Virus record (IMG/VR): IMGVR_UViG_3300008259_002809
Location: 1-64,000 of that record
Source: a virus
DNA length: 64,000 nucleotides
Strand: one strand, 5' to 3'
The notes under the pieces were generated by a model. The model did not search any database, was not told the origin of the DNA, and saw nothing but the letters and a program-made list of their open reading frames with translations. The position numbers and the translations under genes are program-made. Below are positions 1-9,916 of this stretch, piece by piece; position 1 is the first letter of the stretch, and every line of letters starts with the position of its first letter.

Positions 1-1425
1 TTGGGTCTAGATCAAGTATTGAAACTGTTTAAAAAATTTGTGGGTCCTGAGACTCTTTGGATAGGATTCAGTTCAACTTGGTTTAGACAAATATCTACAA
101 TGGGTGCAGGACCCGATGACCATACTCCTGGCACAGTGATGCAGGATCACGACAGGCTGAAAATTCAGACCATGATGTTTGAAGAACCCGACCTTCGGCA
201 TATTCGTGCTGTGGTGCATGACATCAATCCCAAAGTAAAATTTGTGCTGGGAGGCGCTCGCGCTCAGGAAGGTCGTGCTAGAGGTATTGGATACCCACTC
301 ATTGACACCTATATTGAAGGCTATGCTGATAATACAGTGGTAAGATTTAGTCAATGGTGCAAAGATTCAACAGTAGACTTAAAGGCTATTAACAACCCCG
401 ACGGAAGTCTTACCATTGGTGACGATCCTCGAGCCATTGGATTTGATTATAATAATTTTAAATTTACTTGGGCACCCGAGGATCTAGTAAATCCTGGAGA
501 AACCCTGCCAATGGAAATTGCTCGTGGATGCATTTTTAAATGTGGCTTTTGTTCTTACCCCTTGAACGGTAGACGTAAAATGGACTATCTCAAAGACCCT
601 GCTATTTTACGAGAACAAATGATTGAAAACTACGAAAAATTTGGCACTACCAATTACTTTTTCTTAGACGACACTTTCAACGACAGCGTTGAAAAACTAC
701 AGATTCTCAGTGAGCAGGCATTTAGTAACTTGGGATTCAGACCCAGGTTTGGTGCATTTATGAGATTAGACTTGATTGCCGCACATCCTGAAACCATTGA
801 GATGTTGGCCAACATAGGTGTGTCGGGTGCATTCTTTGGCATTGAAAGTCTCAATTACGAAGCAAACAAAGCCATTGGCAAAGGCATCACAGGACAAAAA
901 GTAGTTGAAACTCTGCATAGACTCAAACGCGAATGGCCCAGTGATGTCATTACTGATGGTCAGTTTATTATGGGCTTGCCCAACGAAGACCGGCATACAA
1001 TCAGTGCATGGCTTGACGAGTTGTTGGACCCGGCTTTTCCCTTAGACGCGGCCAAAATAGAACCGCTGTGGCTTGAAAATCATTCACCAGAAGTTTTAAA
1101 AAATAAAAATTGGGTAGCACCTTTTAATCTAGATCCTAACAGGTATGGTTACACATTCCCTGACCCCAAGTTACCAGTGCATTGGGTCAACAACCGAGGT
1201 TTCAGTTTACTTGATGCTGTTCAACTCAAAAAATCATATGGCCTTAAATGGAAAATCAAAGAGAAATCTGCTTGGGTTGGTGATTATGGGAGCATGAACA
1301 TTGGTGTTCCTGCAGACCTTGTTCAAGCCAGAAGAGCAGGCACGGCCGGCCCCATTGGCCGTAGCGATTTCAATACTAGAATTGCTTTTGTCAAACAATA
1401 CATCCAACGTTTGTTAGACCTCTAA
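1..1425 (+). CDS. Radical SAM protein, B12-binding/class B-like (5' end probably outside window)
   Basis: EIARGCIFKCGFC CxxxCxxC motif, DDTFN, FFGIES and GLPNE motifs typical of B12-dependent-type radical SAM enzymes. Confidence 0.85.
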   Translation: MGLDQVLKLFKKFVGPETLWIGFSSTWFRQISTMGAGPDDHTPGTVMQDHDRLKIQTMMFEEPDLRHIRAVVHDINPKVKFVLGGARAQEGRARGIGYPLIDTYIEGYADNTVVRFSQWCKDSTVDLKAINNPDGSLTIGDDPRAIGFDYNNFKFTWAPEDLVNPGETLPMEIARGCIFKCGFCSYPLNGRRKMDYLKDPAILREQMIENYEKFGTTNYFFLDDTFNDSVEKLQILSEQAFSNLGFRPRFGAFMRLDLIAAHPETIEMLANIGVSGAFFGIESLNYEANKAIGKGITGQKVVETLHRLKREWPSDVITDGQFIMGLPNEDRHTISAWLDELLDPAFPLDAAKIEPLWLENHSPEVLKNKNWVAPFNLDPNRYGYTFPDPKLPVHWVNNRGFSLLDAVQLKKSYGLKWKIKEKSAWVGDYGSMNIGVPADLVQARRAGTAGPIGRSDFNTRIAFVKQYIQRLLDL

Positions 1426-1458
1426 TAAATAGCCCGTTAACTTATAAAGGAGTTTTAT

Positions 1459-1914
1459 ATGAACTGGGTTACAAAATATTTCTTTGCCGCTGTGTTTTTT
1501 GCAGTGGCATTGACTGGCAATGTTCACGCACAAAAACAAGTGCCAATGGTAACATATGACTGGCAGATTACTAGAGTAGTTGACGGAGACACAGTGGAAT
1601 TTGCCGCACCATGGTTACCTGATCCGCTAAAAAAGCGTTTGGTAATTCGTGTGTATGGTGTTGACACACCTGAAAAAGGTCACAGAGCACAATGCCCTAG
1701 CGAAGCCGCACGTGGTGCCGCTGCCTCTGAGTTTACCAAGAAAGTCATCACTGAAAGCAAGGTAGCCCGGGTTGCCATTGCCGACTGGGACAAGTTTGGT
1801 GGTCGTGTGCTAGGCGACATCATTGTTGACGGTAAGAGTCTACGCAGTCTGCTGATCCAAAATGGATTTGCTCGCGAGTATTACGGAGAAGCCAAGCAAA
1901 GTTGGTGTAACTAA
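1459..1914 (+). CDS. Thermonuclease (SNase-like) with signal peptide
   Basis: RVVDGDT, IRVYGVDTPE, DKFGGRVLG motifs; N-terminal signal peptide; AAGGAG SD. Confidence 0.9.
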   Translation: MNWVTKYFFAAVFFAVALTGNVHAQKQVPMVTYDWQITRVVDGDTVEFAAPWLPDPLKKRLVIRVYGVDTPEKGHRAQCPSEAARGAAASEFTKKVITESKVARVAIADWDKFGGRVLGDIIVDGKSLRSLLIQNGFAREYYGEAKQSWCN

Positions 1915-1923
1915 CTAGTAGCC

Positions 1924-2634
1924 ATGAATGGCTACATCTTACTACACGGAAAAAAATCAGGGCCAGCCTTTGCAGACTGTGCCCTGCATCCCTTAGTCAA
2001 CCAACTACGACAGCATAGTCTAGTAGACTTTGAAAGTCATGCTTGGTCATATGATAGACTCTACGATGAATCATTTGAGTCCAGTATTGCTTCTATTAAA
2101 TCTGCTAGACAGCGTCTTGTAGAGCAAGGAGCAACACACATTCACTTAGTAGGCCACAGTCTTGGTGGCAATGCCGCAATTTACTATGCCACACAGCACC
2201 AAGACTTTGCTTCAGTGATACTACTAGCACCTGCACACAATACACACATTGTGAAGATTCGTGCTCAGTGTGCCTGGAGTGTGCGTAAAGCCCGGGCACT
2301 ATTAGAAACAGGCAATGATGGCCTGCATCATTTTGTTGACTTTGACGCAGTTGATGTCACGGTCAGCACAGTCAGACCCAGCATTTACATTTCATACTTT
2401 GATGCTGATGGTCCTTGTAACATGACTTTCAATGCCAAAAAGATCTTGGAACCAATAAATGTTTTGTGCCTTAGCGGCAAAGCAGATGTCACACAAACCA
2501 GCACTCGAGAATTGATTTACGATCAACTGCCAAAGACCAACCAAAGTCAATTCCATTGGCTCAATGAAGATCACAGCACAGTTTGTCATAATGCACACGA
2601 CATCGTGGTGAATTGGACCAAAACGCTCACTTAA
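1924..2634 (+). CDS. Alpha/beta hydrolase
   Basis: LLHG, GHSLGG nucleophile elbow, C-terminal Asp/His. Confidence 0.8.
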   Translation: MNGYILLHGKKSGPAFADCALHPLVNQLRQHSLVDFESHAWSYDRLYDESFESSIASIKSARQRLVEQGATHIHLVGHSLGGNAAIYYATQHQDFASVILLAPAHNTHIVKIRAQCAWSVRKARALLETGNDGLHHFVDFDAVDVTVSTVRPSIYISYFDADGPCNMTFNAKKILEPINVLCLSGKADVTQTSTRELIYDQLPKTNQSQFHWLNEDHSTVCHNAHDIVVNWTKTLT

Positions 2635-2713
2635 CAGAGTGTTTTAAGGTTAAAAAAATTATTGACCTTGTCATATGAGCCGTATGAGCCTATGACTATT
2701 GGCAGGATTTGAG

Positions 2714-2742
2714 TTGACGGCCAATAAATATTTTGCTACAAT
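2714..2742 (+). promoter_or_regulatory. sigma70-type promoter
   Basis: TTGACG-17bp-TACAAT immediately upstream of the ATPase gene. Confidence 0.55.
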
Positions 2743-2748
2743 ACATTG

Positions 2749-3297
2749 ATGCAAGTAATCAATGTCATTGCAGGACCAGGTGCAGGCAAAAGCACTTTGG
2801 CATCAGGCCTTTATCATAGAGCCAAGTGCCGAGGGTGGAATGTCGAACTGGTAACGGAAGTTGCCAAAGACCTGGTGTGGGAAGGTAGAGATATAGCACT
2901 GGCCAATCAAGCCTATGTGTTTGGAAGGCAAGTGCAGAGATTGGAAAGATTAAAAGGTCGAGTTGATCTGGTAATAACAGACAGCCCGATTCTTTTAAGC
3001 GCCATCTATGCTCCTAAGGACTATCCAGTCGAATGGGAGGATGTGGTGGTGAAACTTTGGAAAGGTTACGACAATGTTGTGGCTTTTCTAGAGCGCGGCC
3101 CGTGGTTTGATGATCGCGGCCGTGTGCATAACCTTGAGGCCAGCCTTGAGGTCGATCACAAGATCGCGGTGTTGTTGGCAAAGCATGATATTACCTACAC
3201 CCAGGTAGATCATGGATACCACAACCTAGACGATGTCCTGGATGCAGTATTAAGCAAACAGGTGTTGTCGGAGGCGATCCAACGAAAGGAGGTGTAA
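2749..3297 (+). CDS. P-loop ATPase/kinase (NadR/AAA_28-like)
   Basis: GPGAGKST Walker A, ITDSPILL motif. Confidence 0.8.
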   Translation: MQVINVIAGPGAGKSTLASGLYHRAKCRGWNVELVTEVAKDLVWEGRDIALANQAYVFGRQVQRLERLKGRVDLVITDSPILLSAIYAPKDYPVEWEDVVVKLWKGYDNVVAFLERGPWFDDRGRVHNLEASLEVDHKIAVLLAKHDITYTQVDHGYHNLDDVLDAVLSKQVLSEAIQRKEV

Positions 3298-3298
3298 C

Positions 3299-3976
3299 AT
3301 GCACATGACCCTAAAAAATCCGGGCATGTCAAAGTTTGTAGAATCCGCAAGGTTTCTACTAAAAGGCGCCATCGTAATGAGCGCGGCAGTGATAATGACT
3401 TTTTTCATTAGCCGTAGTCTTGCTGATGTTGCCAACGTAAATGCTGAAAATCAAACCGTGGCTGGTTATGTTCAATACAGATACTATCAAAAGGAAAACT
3501 GGGACCAACGTGTAAAGCGTATTGTTCAAGAACATCTGGCCGAAGTTGATCGAGCCGGCGGCGTTGCTAAAATCAAAGACCAGCAGGTCTTGTGCCTGGC
3601 ACAAAACGTTTATTTTGAAAGTCGTGGTCAGCCATTGGCTGGTCAAGTGGGTGTGGCCAAAGTCACACTCAACAGACTTGATGAAGGTTATGCCAGAACT
3701 GTGTGTGGAGTTGTGCGTCAACGATTGGTGCCTGACACTTGCCAATTCAGTTGGGTATGCAATAACCCTAATCCTCAATCCCGTGTTGGTGGACATGATT
3801 GGCGTTTGGCCATTGGTATTGCGTTGGCCACATTGTTTGACGGCGAACACATACAGGATCCGACTAACGGCGCCACACATTTTCATGCTACATACGTTAG
3901 ACCTGATTGGAGCAGGTTATACACACAAGCCAGCCAAATCGGCGATCATGTGTTTTATCGACGAAACAACCGGTAA
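3299..3976 (+). CDS. Cell wall hydrolase (SleB/Hydrolase_2)
   Basis: CLAQNVYFESRGQ, CQFSW, GATHFHATYVRPDW, IGDHVFY; N-terminal TM segment. Confidence 0.9.
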   Translation: MHMTLKNPGMSKFVESARFLLKGAIVMSAAVIMTFFISRSLADVANVNAENQTVAGYVQYRYYQKENWDQRVKRIVQEHLAEVDRAGGVAKIKDQQVLCLAQNVYFESRGQPLAGQVGVAKVTLNRLDEGYARTVCGVVRQRLVPDTCQFSWVCNNPNPQSRVGGHDWRLAIGIALATLFDGEHIQDPTNGATHFHATYVRPDWSRLYTQASQIGDHVFYRRNNR

Positions 3977-3982
3977 AGAAAA

Positions 3983-4330
3983 ATGCGAAGATTATACCCA
4001 GCCCGACTCATTGAAGTAAGAAGCACCGACACACTTGAAGTAGAAATTGACCTTGGCTTTAATGTCAATACCAGACAAAAAATTCGTTTGTTTGGTGTTG
4101 CATCGTCGGGCAAGGATGCAGAAGTAAGAACAGTTCTATTGGAAATCTGCAAGGATGGACTAATAGTAGAACCTATTATTACCAAGCGAGCCAAACTTGG
4201 TCGTGTGTTGGGCTGGGCATATATCCCCAATGAATCAGGTGACCCTGGATTAAATATCAACGAAGTTTTGGTTGAGCAAGGATTAGCACAAAACTTCCAA
4301 GCACCTGAAGATTCAGACGAGGATGACTAA
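3983..4330 (+). CDS. Thermonuclease-like protein, degenerate
   Basis: DTLEVEIDLGF, IRLFGV, KLGRVLG, INEVLVEQGLA resemble the SNase fold; catalytic DGDT is altered. Confidence 0.6.
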   Translation: MRRLYPARLIEVRSTDTLEVEIDLGFNVNTRQKIRLFGVASSGKDAEVRTVLLEICKDGLIVEPIITKRAKLGRVLGWAYIPNESGDPGLNINEVLVEQGLAQNFQAPEDSDEDD

Positions 4331-4332
4331 GC

Positions 4333-5070
4333 ATGTATGAACCGGGCCTAACCGCAAGAAAAATTGCTACTTTTGACACTCGCATATTTGACGAGTATCG
4401 AGAGTGGGAAGCCGCCTGGGATTGGGATCCGGTAGAACAGCCACGCAGATATTTGCGTGGTGATGAAACGCATTTGATTTATTTTCCAGTCAATGAAGCA
4501 CGATGCCGTGGGTTCGCCAATCTCATGAAAGGCTATCCATCAGGCATTTGGTCACTGTGGAATAACATTGTCAAACCTGTGTTAGAAACACATATTATTC
4601 CATTGACCGGTATTGCTGACCCTGTAATTGTTCAAAGCGAAGTGGCCAGAATGAGACCACACGTTGGCGACACAGTGATGCATACTGACACTCGTTATAA
4701 CCAAAGGTATGCCAGACGTTACAACATAGCCATCAGCACCAATGACAATTGTTGGTTATATCACAACAGTTATGATCTTGACAACGGTGGCACCAGAGAT
4801 CACATCTGTGAAGGCGAAGTTTGGGAGTTGAACAATAAGATTGTTCACACCGCTGTAAACTATGGTGACACCTGGAGAACTCATCTCATTGTAGATGTGA
4901 TGCCACGTAACTATTGGGAACGTATGTGTGAATTATACGATCCTTATGCCAAGGTTCCAAATCCTCAGGCGTTAAACACTACCTATGATTATGACCTTGC
5001 AGGCAATTTAATTCACAAACCTTTGTTTGACAACCTTCCACATTGCTTTCCAGCAAGGACACACATATAA
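4333..5070 (+). CDS. Fe(II)/2OG oxygenase, Asp/Asn beta-hydroxylase-like
   Basis: HTD...GEVWELNNKIVHTAVNYGDTWRTHLIVD. Confidence 0.8.
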   Translation: MYEPGLTARKIATFDTRIFDEYREWEAAWDWDPVEQPRRYLRGDETHLIYFPVNEARCRGFANLMKGYPSGIWSLWNNIVKPVLETHIIPLTGIADPVIVQSEVARMRPHVGDTVMHTDTRYNQRYARRYNIAISTNDNCWLYHNSYDLDNGGTRDHICEGEVWELNNKIVHTAVNYGDTWRTHLIVDVMPRNYWERMCELYDPYAKVPNPQALNTTYDYDLAGNLIHKPLFDNLPHCFPARTHI

Positions 5071-6378
5071 ATGAAAATCACACACGCAGACAGATTTATA
5101 GCCTGGCTAGCACTACTCAGTGGCCTCTGTATCAGTGCAGTTGCCGTATGGTATAGTGTAGCAGGCCTTGTAAGTATTTTTGCCGCTTCGGCGGTGGCCA
5201 TTATGATCATGGGCGTGGTTCTAGAAGTCAGTAAACTTGTTGCCACTGTTTGGCTTAAACAGAATTGGTTTATAGCACCTAAATTGATCAAAGGTTATTT
5301 GTTGGCCGCAGTGGCCATTCTCATGGTCATTACCAGCATGGGTATTTTTGGCTACCTAAGCAAGGCACACCTGGATCAAGCCGTGCCTACTGGCACAGTT
5401 GTTGCCAAAATTGCCATGATTGACGAAAAGATCAAAACTGAACGCGACAATGCTGAAACAGCCAGAGTCGCACTACGTCAGTTAGATACTGCGGTCAACG
5501 AAATCATGAGTCGTAGCAAAGACGAGCGCGGCGCAGAACGTAGTGCTCAATTGCGTAGACAACAAGCACAAGAACGCACTAGACTCAACAACGACATTGC
5601 CAAAGCCAATACTGCTATTGCCAAACTCAATGAAGAACGTGCGCCCATTGCCGCTGAACTCAGAGCAGTGGAAGCAGAAGTTGGACCAATTAAATACATT
5701 GCGGCATTGATCTATGGTGATAACCCTGATGCCAATTTGTTAGAACGTGCTGTTCGTTGGGTTATCATTATTATCGTTATTGTATTCGACCCACTGGCGG
5801 TTGTGATGCTGTTGGCCAGTCAATACAGTTTCCAATATTTCCGTTCACAAGAACAGGAACCTGGCAACAACAAGGAGCCCGACAATGATCCAACTTCTCC
5901 CGGAACTGATGATGCGCCTGTGGATAGACTGGATGTTCAGTCTGATGAACCCGCAGGAGTGGATCCCCCACCACCTGCACCCAAACAAGAAATAAAAACC
6001 GCTGACTATCAGCAGGCTGGACGCATTGAACCTACTGCTGTGTTCTGGACCGCCATGCCAGGCACCATTGGCGGTGCCAAAGTTGTTTTGCCTGACGTCA
6101 AAGAAGAACTTGTAGAAACTACTTCCACGCCTCAGGAGGAATTTGAAGTCAAAGCACAGGAACGTCGAACAGAAATCTTAGAAATGGCCGAACGTGCTAG
6201 AAGTCGTAGCATTGCACCACCAGGAACACCTGGTGAGGCCTGGTTGACTCCACCTGAAACGGCTGTTGAGCCCGTGGATGAATTAGATAAAGTATATAAA
6301 CAAGCCACAGCCACTGAAGCCAAGCGTCGACGCAGTCGCGGGTGGTTGCAAAGCAGTTTTCCAACCAAAGACGAATAA
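5071..6378 (+). CDS. Membrane protein with coiled coil and acidic/Pro-rich tail
   Basis: Three N-terminal TM helices, long coiled coil, IVFDPLAV TM segment. Confidence 0.7.
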   Translation: MKITHADRFIAWLALLSGLCISAVAVWYSVAGLVSIFAASAVAIMIMGVVLEVSKLVATVWLKQNWFIAPKLIKGYLLAAVAILMVITSMGIFGYLSKAHLDQAVPTGTVVAKIAMIDEKIKTERDNAETARVALRQLDTAVNEIMSRSKDERGAERSAQLRRQQAQERTRLNNDIAKANTAIAKLNEERAPIAAELRAVEAEVGPIKYIAALIYGDNPDANLLERAVRWVIIIIVIVFDPLAVVMLLASQYSFQYFRSQEQEPGNNKEPDNDPTSPGTDDAPVDRLDVQSDEPAGVDPPPPAPKQEIKTADYQQAGRIEPTAVFWTAMPGTIGGAKVVLPDVKEELVETTSTPQEEFEVKAQERRTEILEMAERARSRSIAPPGTPGEAWLTPPETAVEPVDELDKVYKQATATEAKRRRSRGWLQSSFPTKDE

Positions 6379-6390
6379 TCATTGACAATT

Positions 6391-6816
6391 ATGAATGACA
6401 GTAGCGTTTACATCGTATCACCACCTACGCTCTATAGCCCGCCCAGGGGAGTGGCCTTTTGCTTGATCAGCAACAGTGAAACCTGGCAAAATGAAGTCAC
6501 AACGTTGATTGAGAAGGGCATAAACAAAAACCAAATCACATTTTACATCAACAACACTGAATATGTTGATCCCAAGGCTTGGATTTGGTATTGGCATGTG
6601 TCACCAAATTGTGATCTTATCATATGCGATACTTCTCATTGCACTGATCATGAACTACACATGTGTTTGGCCATGCTTAAAATGGACCTCCCAGTGGTGT
6701 TTCAAGTCAACCCGGGCAACGAGGAGTTGGCAACCCTGCTAAATTCAATCAGTGTTCCTCACTTTGAGAGCATTGAGGAATTGGATAGTCTATTGGAGGC
6801 GGCGTTTGGCAATTGA
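6391..6816 (+). CDS. Hypothetical protein
   Basis: ORF fills gap between neighbours; start uncertain (6382 or 6391). Confidence 0.6.
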   Translation: MNDSSVYIVSPPTLYSPPRGVAFCLISNSETWQNEVTTLIEKGINKNQITFYINNTEYVDPKAWIWYWHVSPNCDLIICDTSHCTDHELHMCLAMLKMDLPVVFQVNPGNEELATLLNSISVPHFESIEELDSLLEAAFGN

Positions 6817-8032
6817 TACGAAAAATTTAAGTTGCAATTTTTGTGGTAAATCTAGAAGCGCAGTTCGCAGTCTTATTGCAGGGGAAACATCTTACATTTG
6901 TAATGAATGCATTGAACTCTGCGTCAAAGTATTAAACGAAGACACTCAAGAACCAGTCACGCATTTTGCTGAAGGTTCAACCCCAACAGAAATCAAACAA
7001 TATCTTGACCGTTATGTGATTGGTCAAGACTTGGCCAAACGAGCACTCAGCGTGGCTGTGCGTAATCACTACAAGAGATTGAATCAACAAGACAAAGGCC
7101 TCATCAAGAAAAGCAACATCTTGCTGATTGGGCCCACGGGTTCTGGTAAAACGCTGTTGGCCAAAAAACTGGCTGAACGACTGCATGTGCCATTTGCCAT
7201 GGCTGATGCCACCACACTGACCGAAGCAGGCTATGTTGGTGATGATGTAGAGAATGTTGTTCATAGGCTGGTGCAGGCCGCCGACGGTGATGTCAAACGT
7301 GCTGAAACCGGCATCATCTACATTGATGAAATTGACAAGAAAAGTCGCAAAAGCGAAAGCGCCAGTATTACCAGAGATGTTTCAGGTGAAGGTGTTCAGC
7401 AGGCCCTGCTGAAACTGATCGAAGGCACACAATGTCGTGTGCCTGTGTCAGGCGGTCGTAAACATCCAGGATCTGATGCCAACATTGTTGACACTAAAAA
7501 TATCTTGTTTATTCTTGGTGGTGCGTTTGTTGGCTTGGATGAGCAGGTCAAGCGACGTGTCACTGGCGGCACACGCATTGGATTTGGAGCACAGGTAGTA
7601 TCTACACTAGAGTCCAATGACCATTGGTTGAATTATGTTGAGCCCGACGACTTTGTTAAGTTTGGTATGATACCTGAGTTTATGGGTCGTGTTCCAGTGA
7701 TTGCCGCACTAGATCCGTTGACAGCAGAATCTTTGATAAAAATCCTTAGAGACCCTGAAGACAGCCTAGAGCGAGAGTTTATAACAATTTTTGCCATGGA
7801 TGGAGTAGAGTTGGAGTTTACAGAAGAAGCACGTCATTGGATAGCCAACGAAGCAATTAAGAAAAACACTGGCGCCCGTGGCCTACGCAACATCATTGAA
7901 GGACTACTACAGGATCTACAATTCAATCTGCCAGAACTAGCCGCAGAAGGCCTAACCAAAGTCATTGTCACACCCACAGTTGACGATAAACTAGTGTTAT
8001 TATTTAGAAACACCAGCACAGTTAATAAATAG
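6806..8032 (+). CDS. clpX: ATP-dependent Clp protease ATP-binding subunit ClpX
   Basis: CNFCGK..ICNEC zinc finger, [31 protein letters not shown] loop; TTG start after GGAGG. Confidence 0.95.
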   Translation: MAIDTKNLSCNFCGKSRSAVRSLIAGETSYICNECIELCVKVLNEDTQEPVTHFAEGSTPTEIKQYLDRYVIGQDLAKRALSVAVRNHYKRLNQQDKGLIKKSNILLIGPTGSGKTLLAKKLAERLHVPFAMADATTLTEAGYVGDDVENVVHRLVQAADGDVKRAETGIIYIDEIDKKSRKSESASITRDVSGEGVQQALLKLIEGTQCRVPVSGGRKHPGSDANIVDTKNILFILGGAFVGLDEQVKRRVTGGTRIGFGAQVVSTLESNDHWLNYVEPDDFVKFGMIPEFMGRVPVIAALDPLTAESLIKILRDPEDSLEREFITIFAMDGVELEFTEEARHWIANEAIKKNTGARGLRNIIEGLLQDLQFNLPELAAEGLTKVIVTPTVDDKLVLLFRNTSTVNK

Positions 8033-8037
8033 GCCTT

Positions 8038-8298
8038 ATGAAAAGAGAAAAAACACGTGGCCTTACAGTTGTTGTCAAAGACGGCAATGTAGAAAAAGCC
8101 ATAAGAAAATTCAAAAAATTGGTGCAGGAATCAGGCATTCTTGATGAAGTCAAAGAGCGCATGGAATACGTCAAACCCAGCATTACCAGGGTAGAAGAAG
8201 AAAACAAGGCTCGTAGACGTTGGCTCAAAAAAGTTGAACAACAAGAAATGTCCGGACTTAGACCTCCTAGAAAAGACCAGCGCAAACGCCTGTATTAA
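8038..8298 (+). CDS. rpsU: Ribosomal protein bS21
   Basis: VVVKDGNVEKAIRKFKK...EYVKPS..R pattern. Confidence 0.88.
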   Translation: MKREKTRGLTVVVKDGNVEKAIRKFKKLVQESGILDEVKERMEYVKPSITRVEEENKARRRWLKKVEQQEMSGLRPPRKDQRKRLY

Positions 8299-8314
8299 AC
8301 GGCAGTCTGGAATC

Positions 8315-8343
8315 TTGCATTTTGACCAATAGATAAGTATAAT
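8315..8343 (+). promoter_or_regulatory. sigma70-type promoter of hsp20
   Basis: TTGCAT-17bp-TATAAT. Confidence 0.6.
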
Positions 8344-8350
8344 TGTGTTA

Positions 8351-8436
8351 AGCCAGTGCCAAGAGGGCTGGTGACGCACCGTGAGGCCCAAGATGGGCTC
8401 ACACTTTAGACTCGCTGAAAAGGAGACTATATTATG
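8351..8436 (+). promoter_or_regulatory. ROSE-like RNA thermometer in hsp20 5' UTR
   Basis: Two upstream hairpins, then CTCGCT-GAAA-AGGAG pairing the SD with a bulged G (ROSE U(U/C)GCU signature). Confidence 0.7.
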
Positions 8437-8874
8437 TCAAATCTAAATATGGGCCATGCGGCCTTTCATCCTTACCACAAAATTGGAGTTGGCTTTGATC
8501 GTATGTTTGAGGAACTGGATCGCTTGATGCAGGTTTCAACCACAGGCAACGGCGGCTACCCTCCCTTCAATCTTGAAAAGACCGGAGACACCAATTATCG
8601 CATCACCATTGCTGTAGCAGGCTTCACTGATGCTGAAATTGATGTTACACAAAAGGAAAATACCTTGACTGTGACCGGAGAAAAGAAAGAAGAAGACCGC
8701 GGCGAATATCTGCATCGTGGCATTGCCACCCGCAGTTTTACTCGTCAGTTTGTTTTGGCCGATCATGTTGATGTCAAGACGGCTGGTCTCAAGGACGGTT
8801 TGCTGGTCATTGACCTAGAAAAACATGTTCCTGAAGAACTCAAGCCACGTAAGATTCCATTGATTAAGGAATAA
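8434..8874 (+). CDS. Small heat shock protein Hsp20 (IbpA-like)
   Basis: GFDRMF, YPPFN, IAVAGF, YLHRGIA.R.F, DGLLVI, PEELKPRKI. Confidence 0.95.
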   Translation: MSNLNMGHAAFHPYHKIGVGFDRMFEELDRLMQVSTTGNGGYPPFNLEKTGDTNYRITIAVAGFTDAEIDVTQKENTLTVTGEKKEEDRGEYLHRGIATRSFTRQFVLADHVDVKTAGLKDGLLVIDLEKHVPEELKPRKIPLIKE

Positions 8875-8885
8875 CTTTGTGATAA

Positions 8886-8915
8886 GGGTAGGTAGTCCAA
8901 CCGGACTACCTACTC
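8886..8915 (+). terminator. Stem-loop after hsp20
   Basis: GGGTAGGTAGTCC-AACC-GGACTACCTACTC inverted repeat; no strong U-tract. Confidence 0.55.
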
Positions 8916-8952
8916 AGTAACTTGCTAAATATCCTCGGAGACTGTAAACACA

Positions 8953-9264
8953 ATGACTGACACCGCAATTGCAACCCGCAAAAAAACAGAAAATACCCTA
9001 GGTGTCCGCGAGCCTGAAAGATTTCGCGTGGTAATTCTCAATGACAATTCTACTCCAATGGAGTTTGTCATTGAACTGCTAAAAGTAATTTTCCACCACA
9101 GCCAAGAAGCCGCTGTTCAGATCATGCTACAAGTTCATCAGAACGGCAAAGGCACCGCTGGAGTTTACAGTTTTGAAGTGGCCGAACAAAAGGCGCACGA
9201 AAGCACACAAATTGCTCGCACCAATGGCCATTCATTGGGTGTAACCGTAGAACTTGATGCCTAA
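8953..9264 (+). CDS. clpS: Clp protease adaptor ClpS
   Basis: VVILNDNSTPMEFVIELL..IF, IMLQVHQNGKG.AGVY.FEVAEQK. Confidence 0.93.
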   Translation: MTDTAIATRKKTENTLGVREPERFRVVILNDNSTPMEFVIELLKVIFHHSQEAAVQIMLQVHQNGKGTAGVYSFEVAEQKAHESTQIARTNGHSLGVTVELDA

Positions 9265-9913
9265 TCTTGGTGTTGTAGCCGACGACGAACCAAACAAAAT
9301 TGAAACATATCAGCGCACCATTTTTGTTGACGTTGATGACACTTGTGTAGATGTATTAGGCGGATTCGTTAATTGGCTAGCGGTCATGAATCGCTTGAAA
9401 AAAGTCACAGGACAGTCCATACAAGATCGAGATCGTTTAGGCGATTGGCTAGGCATTGATGACGGCCTGGCCAATTTATGGGTCAAAGAATTTGTCAATC
9501 ACAGTTGGCAATGGGGCGCACTTAAATCTATCAAAGACGCCAATCGCGCACTACAAGCACTCAAACGTCACGGCTATAAAATCACTGCTCTTGCACATTG
9601 CGGCAATGAACTACATCGTGTAATTCTAAGGCGAGCAAATTTGGAACTGCTGATTCCCAATGTCTTTACTGATTTGTTTTCCATGCCGGAGAAAAATAGT
9701 TTTTATCCTTACATGAAAGACCTTGATGATGCTGTGTGTATCACGGCCAGCATTAAAACAGCACAAGACACCGCACAAGCCGGACACTCTGCGTATTTGC
9801 TAGATCAACCCTGGAATAGAAATTATCAAGATCTACGAGTCAGACGCTTCAACAACTGGATTGATATAGCCAACACTCTGATTCAATCGCCGGCCACAGT
9901 ATTGATAAATTAG
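9257..9913 (+). CDS. HAD-family 5'(3')-deoxyribonucleotidase-like protein
   Basis: IFVDVDD motif I and C-terminal LLDQPWNR...RFNNW. Confidence 0.7.
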   Translation: MPNLGVVADDEPNKIETYQRTIFVDVDDTCVDVLGGFVNWLAVMNRLKKVTGQSIQDRDRLGDWLGIDDGLANLWVKEFVNHSWQWGALKSIKDANRALQALKRHGYKITALAHCGNELHRVILRRANLELLIPNVFTDLFSMPEKNSFYPYMKDLDDAVCITASIKTAQDTAQAGHSAYLLDQPWNRNYQDLRVRRFNNWIDIANTLIQSPATVLIN

Positions 9914-9916
9914 TGA

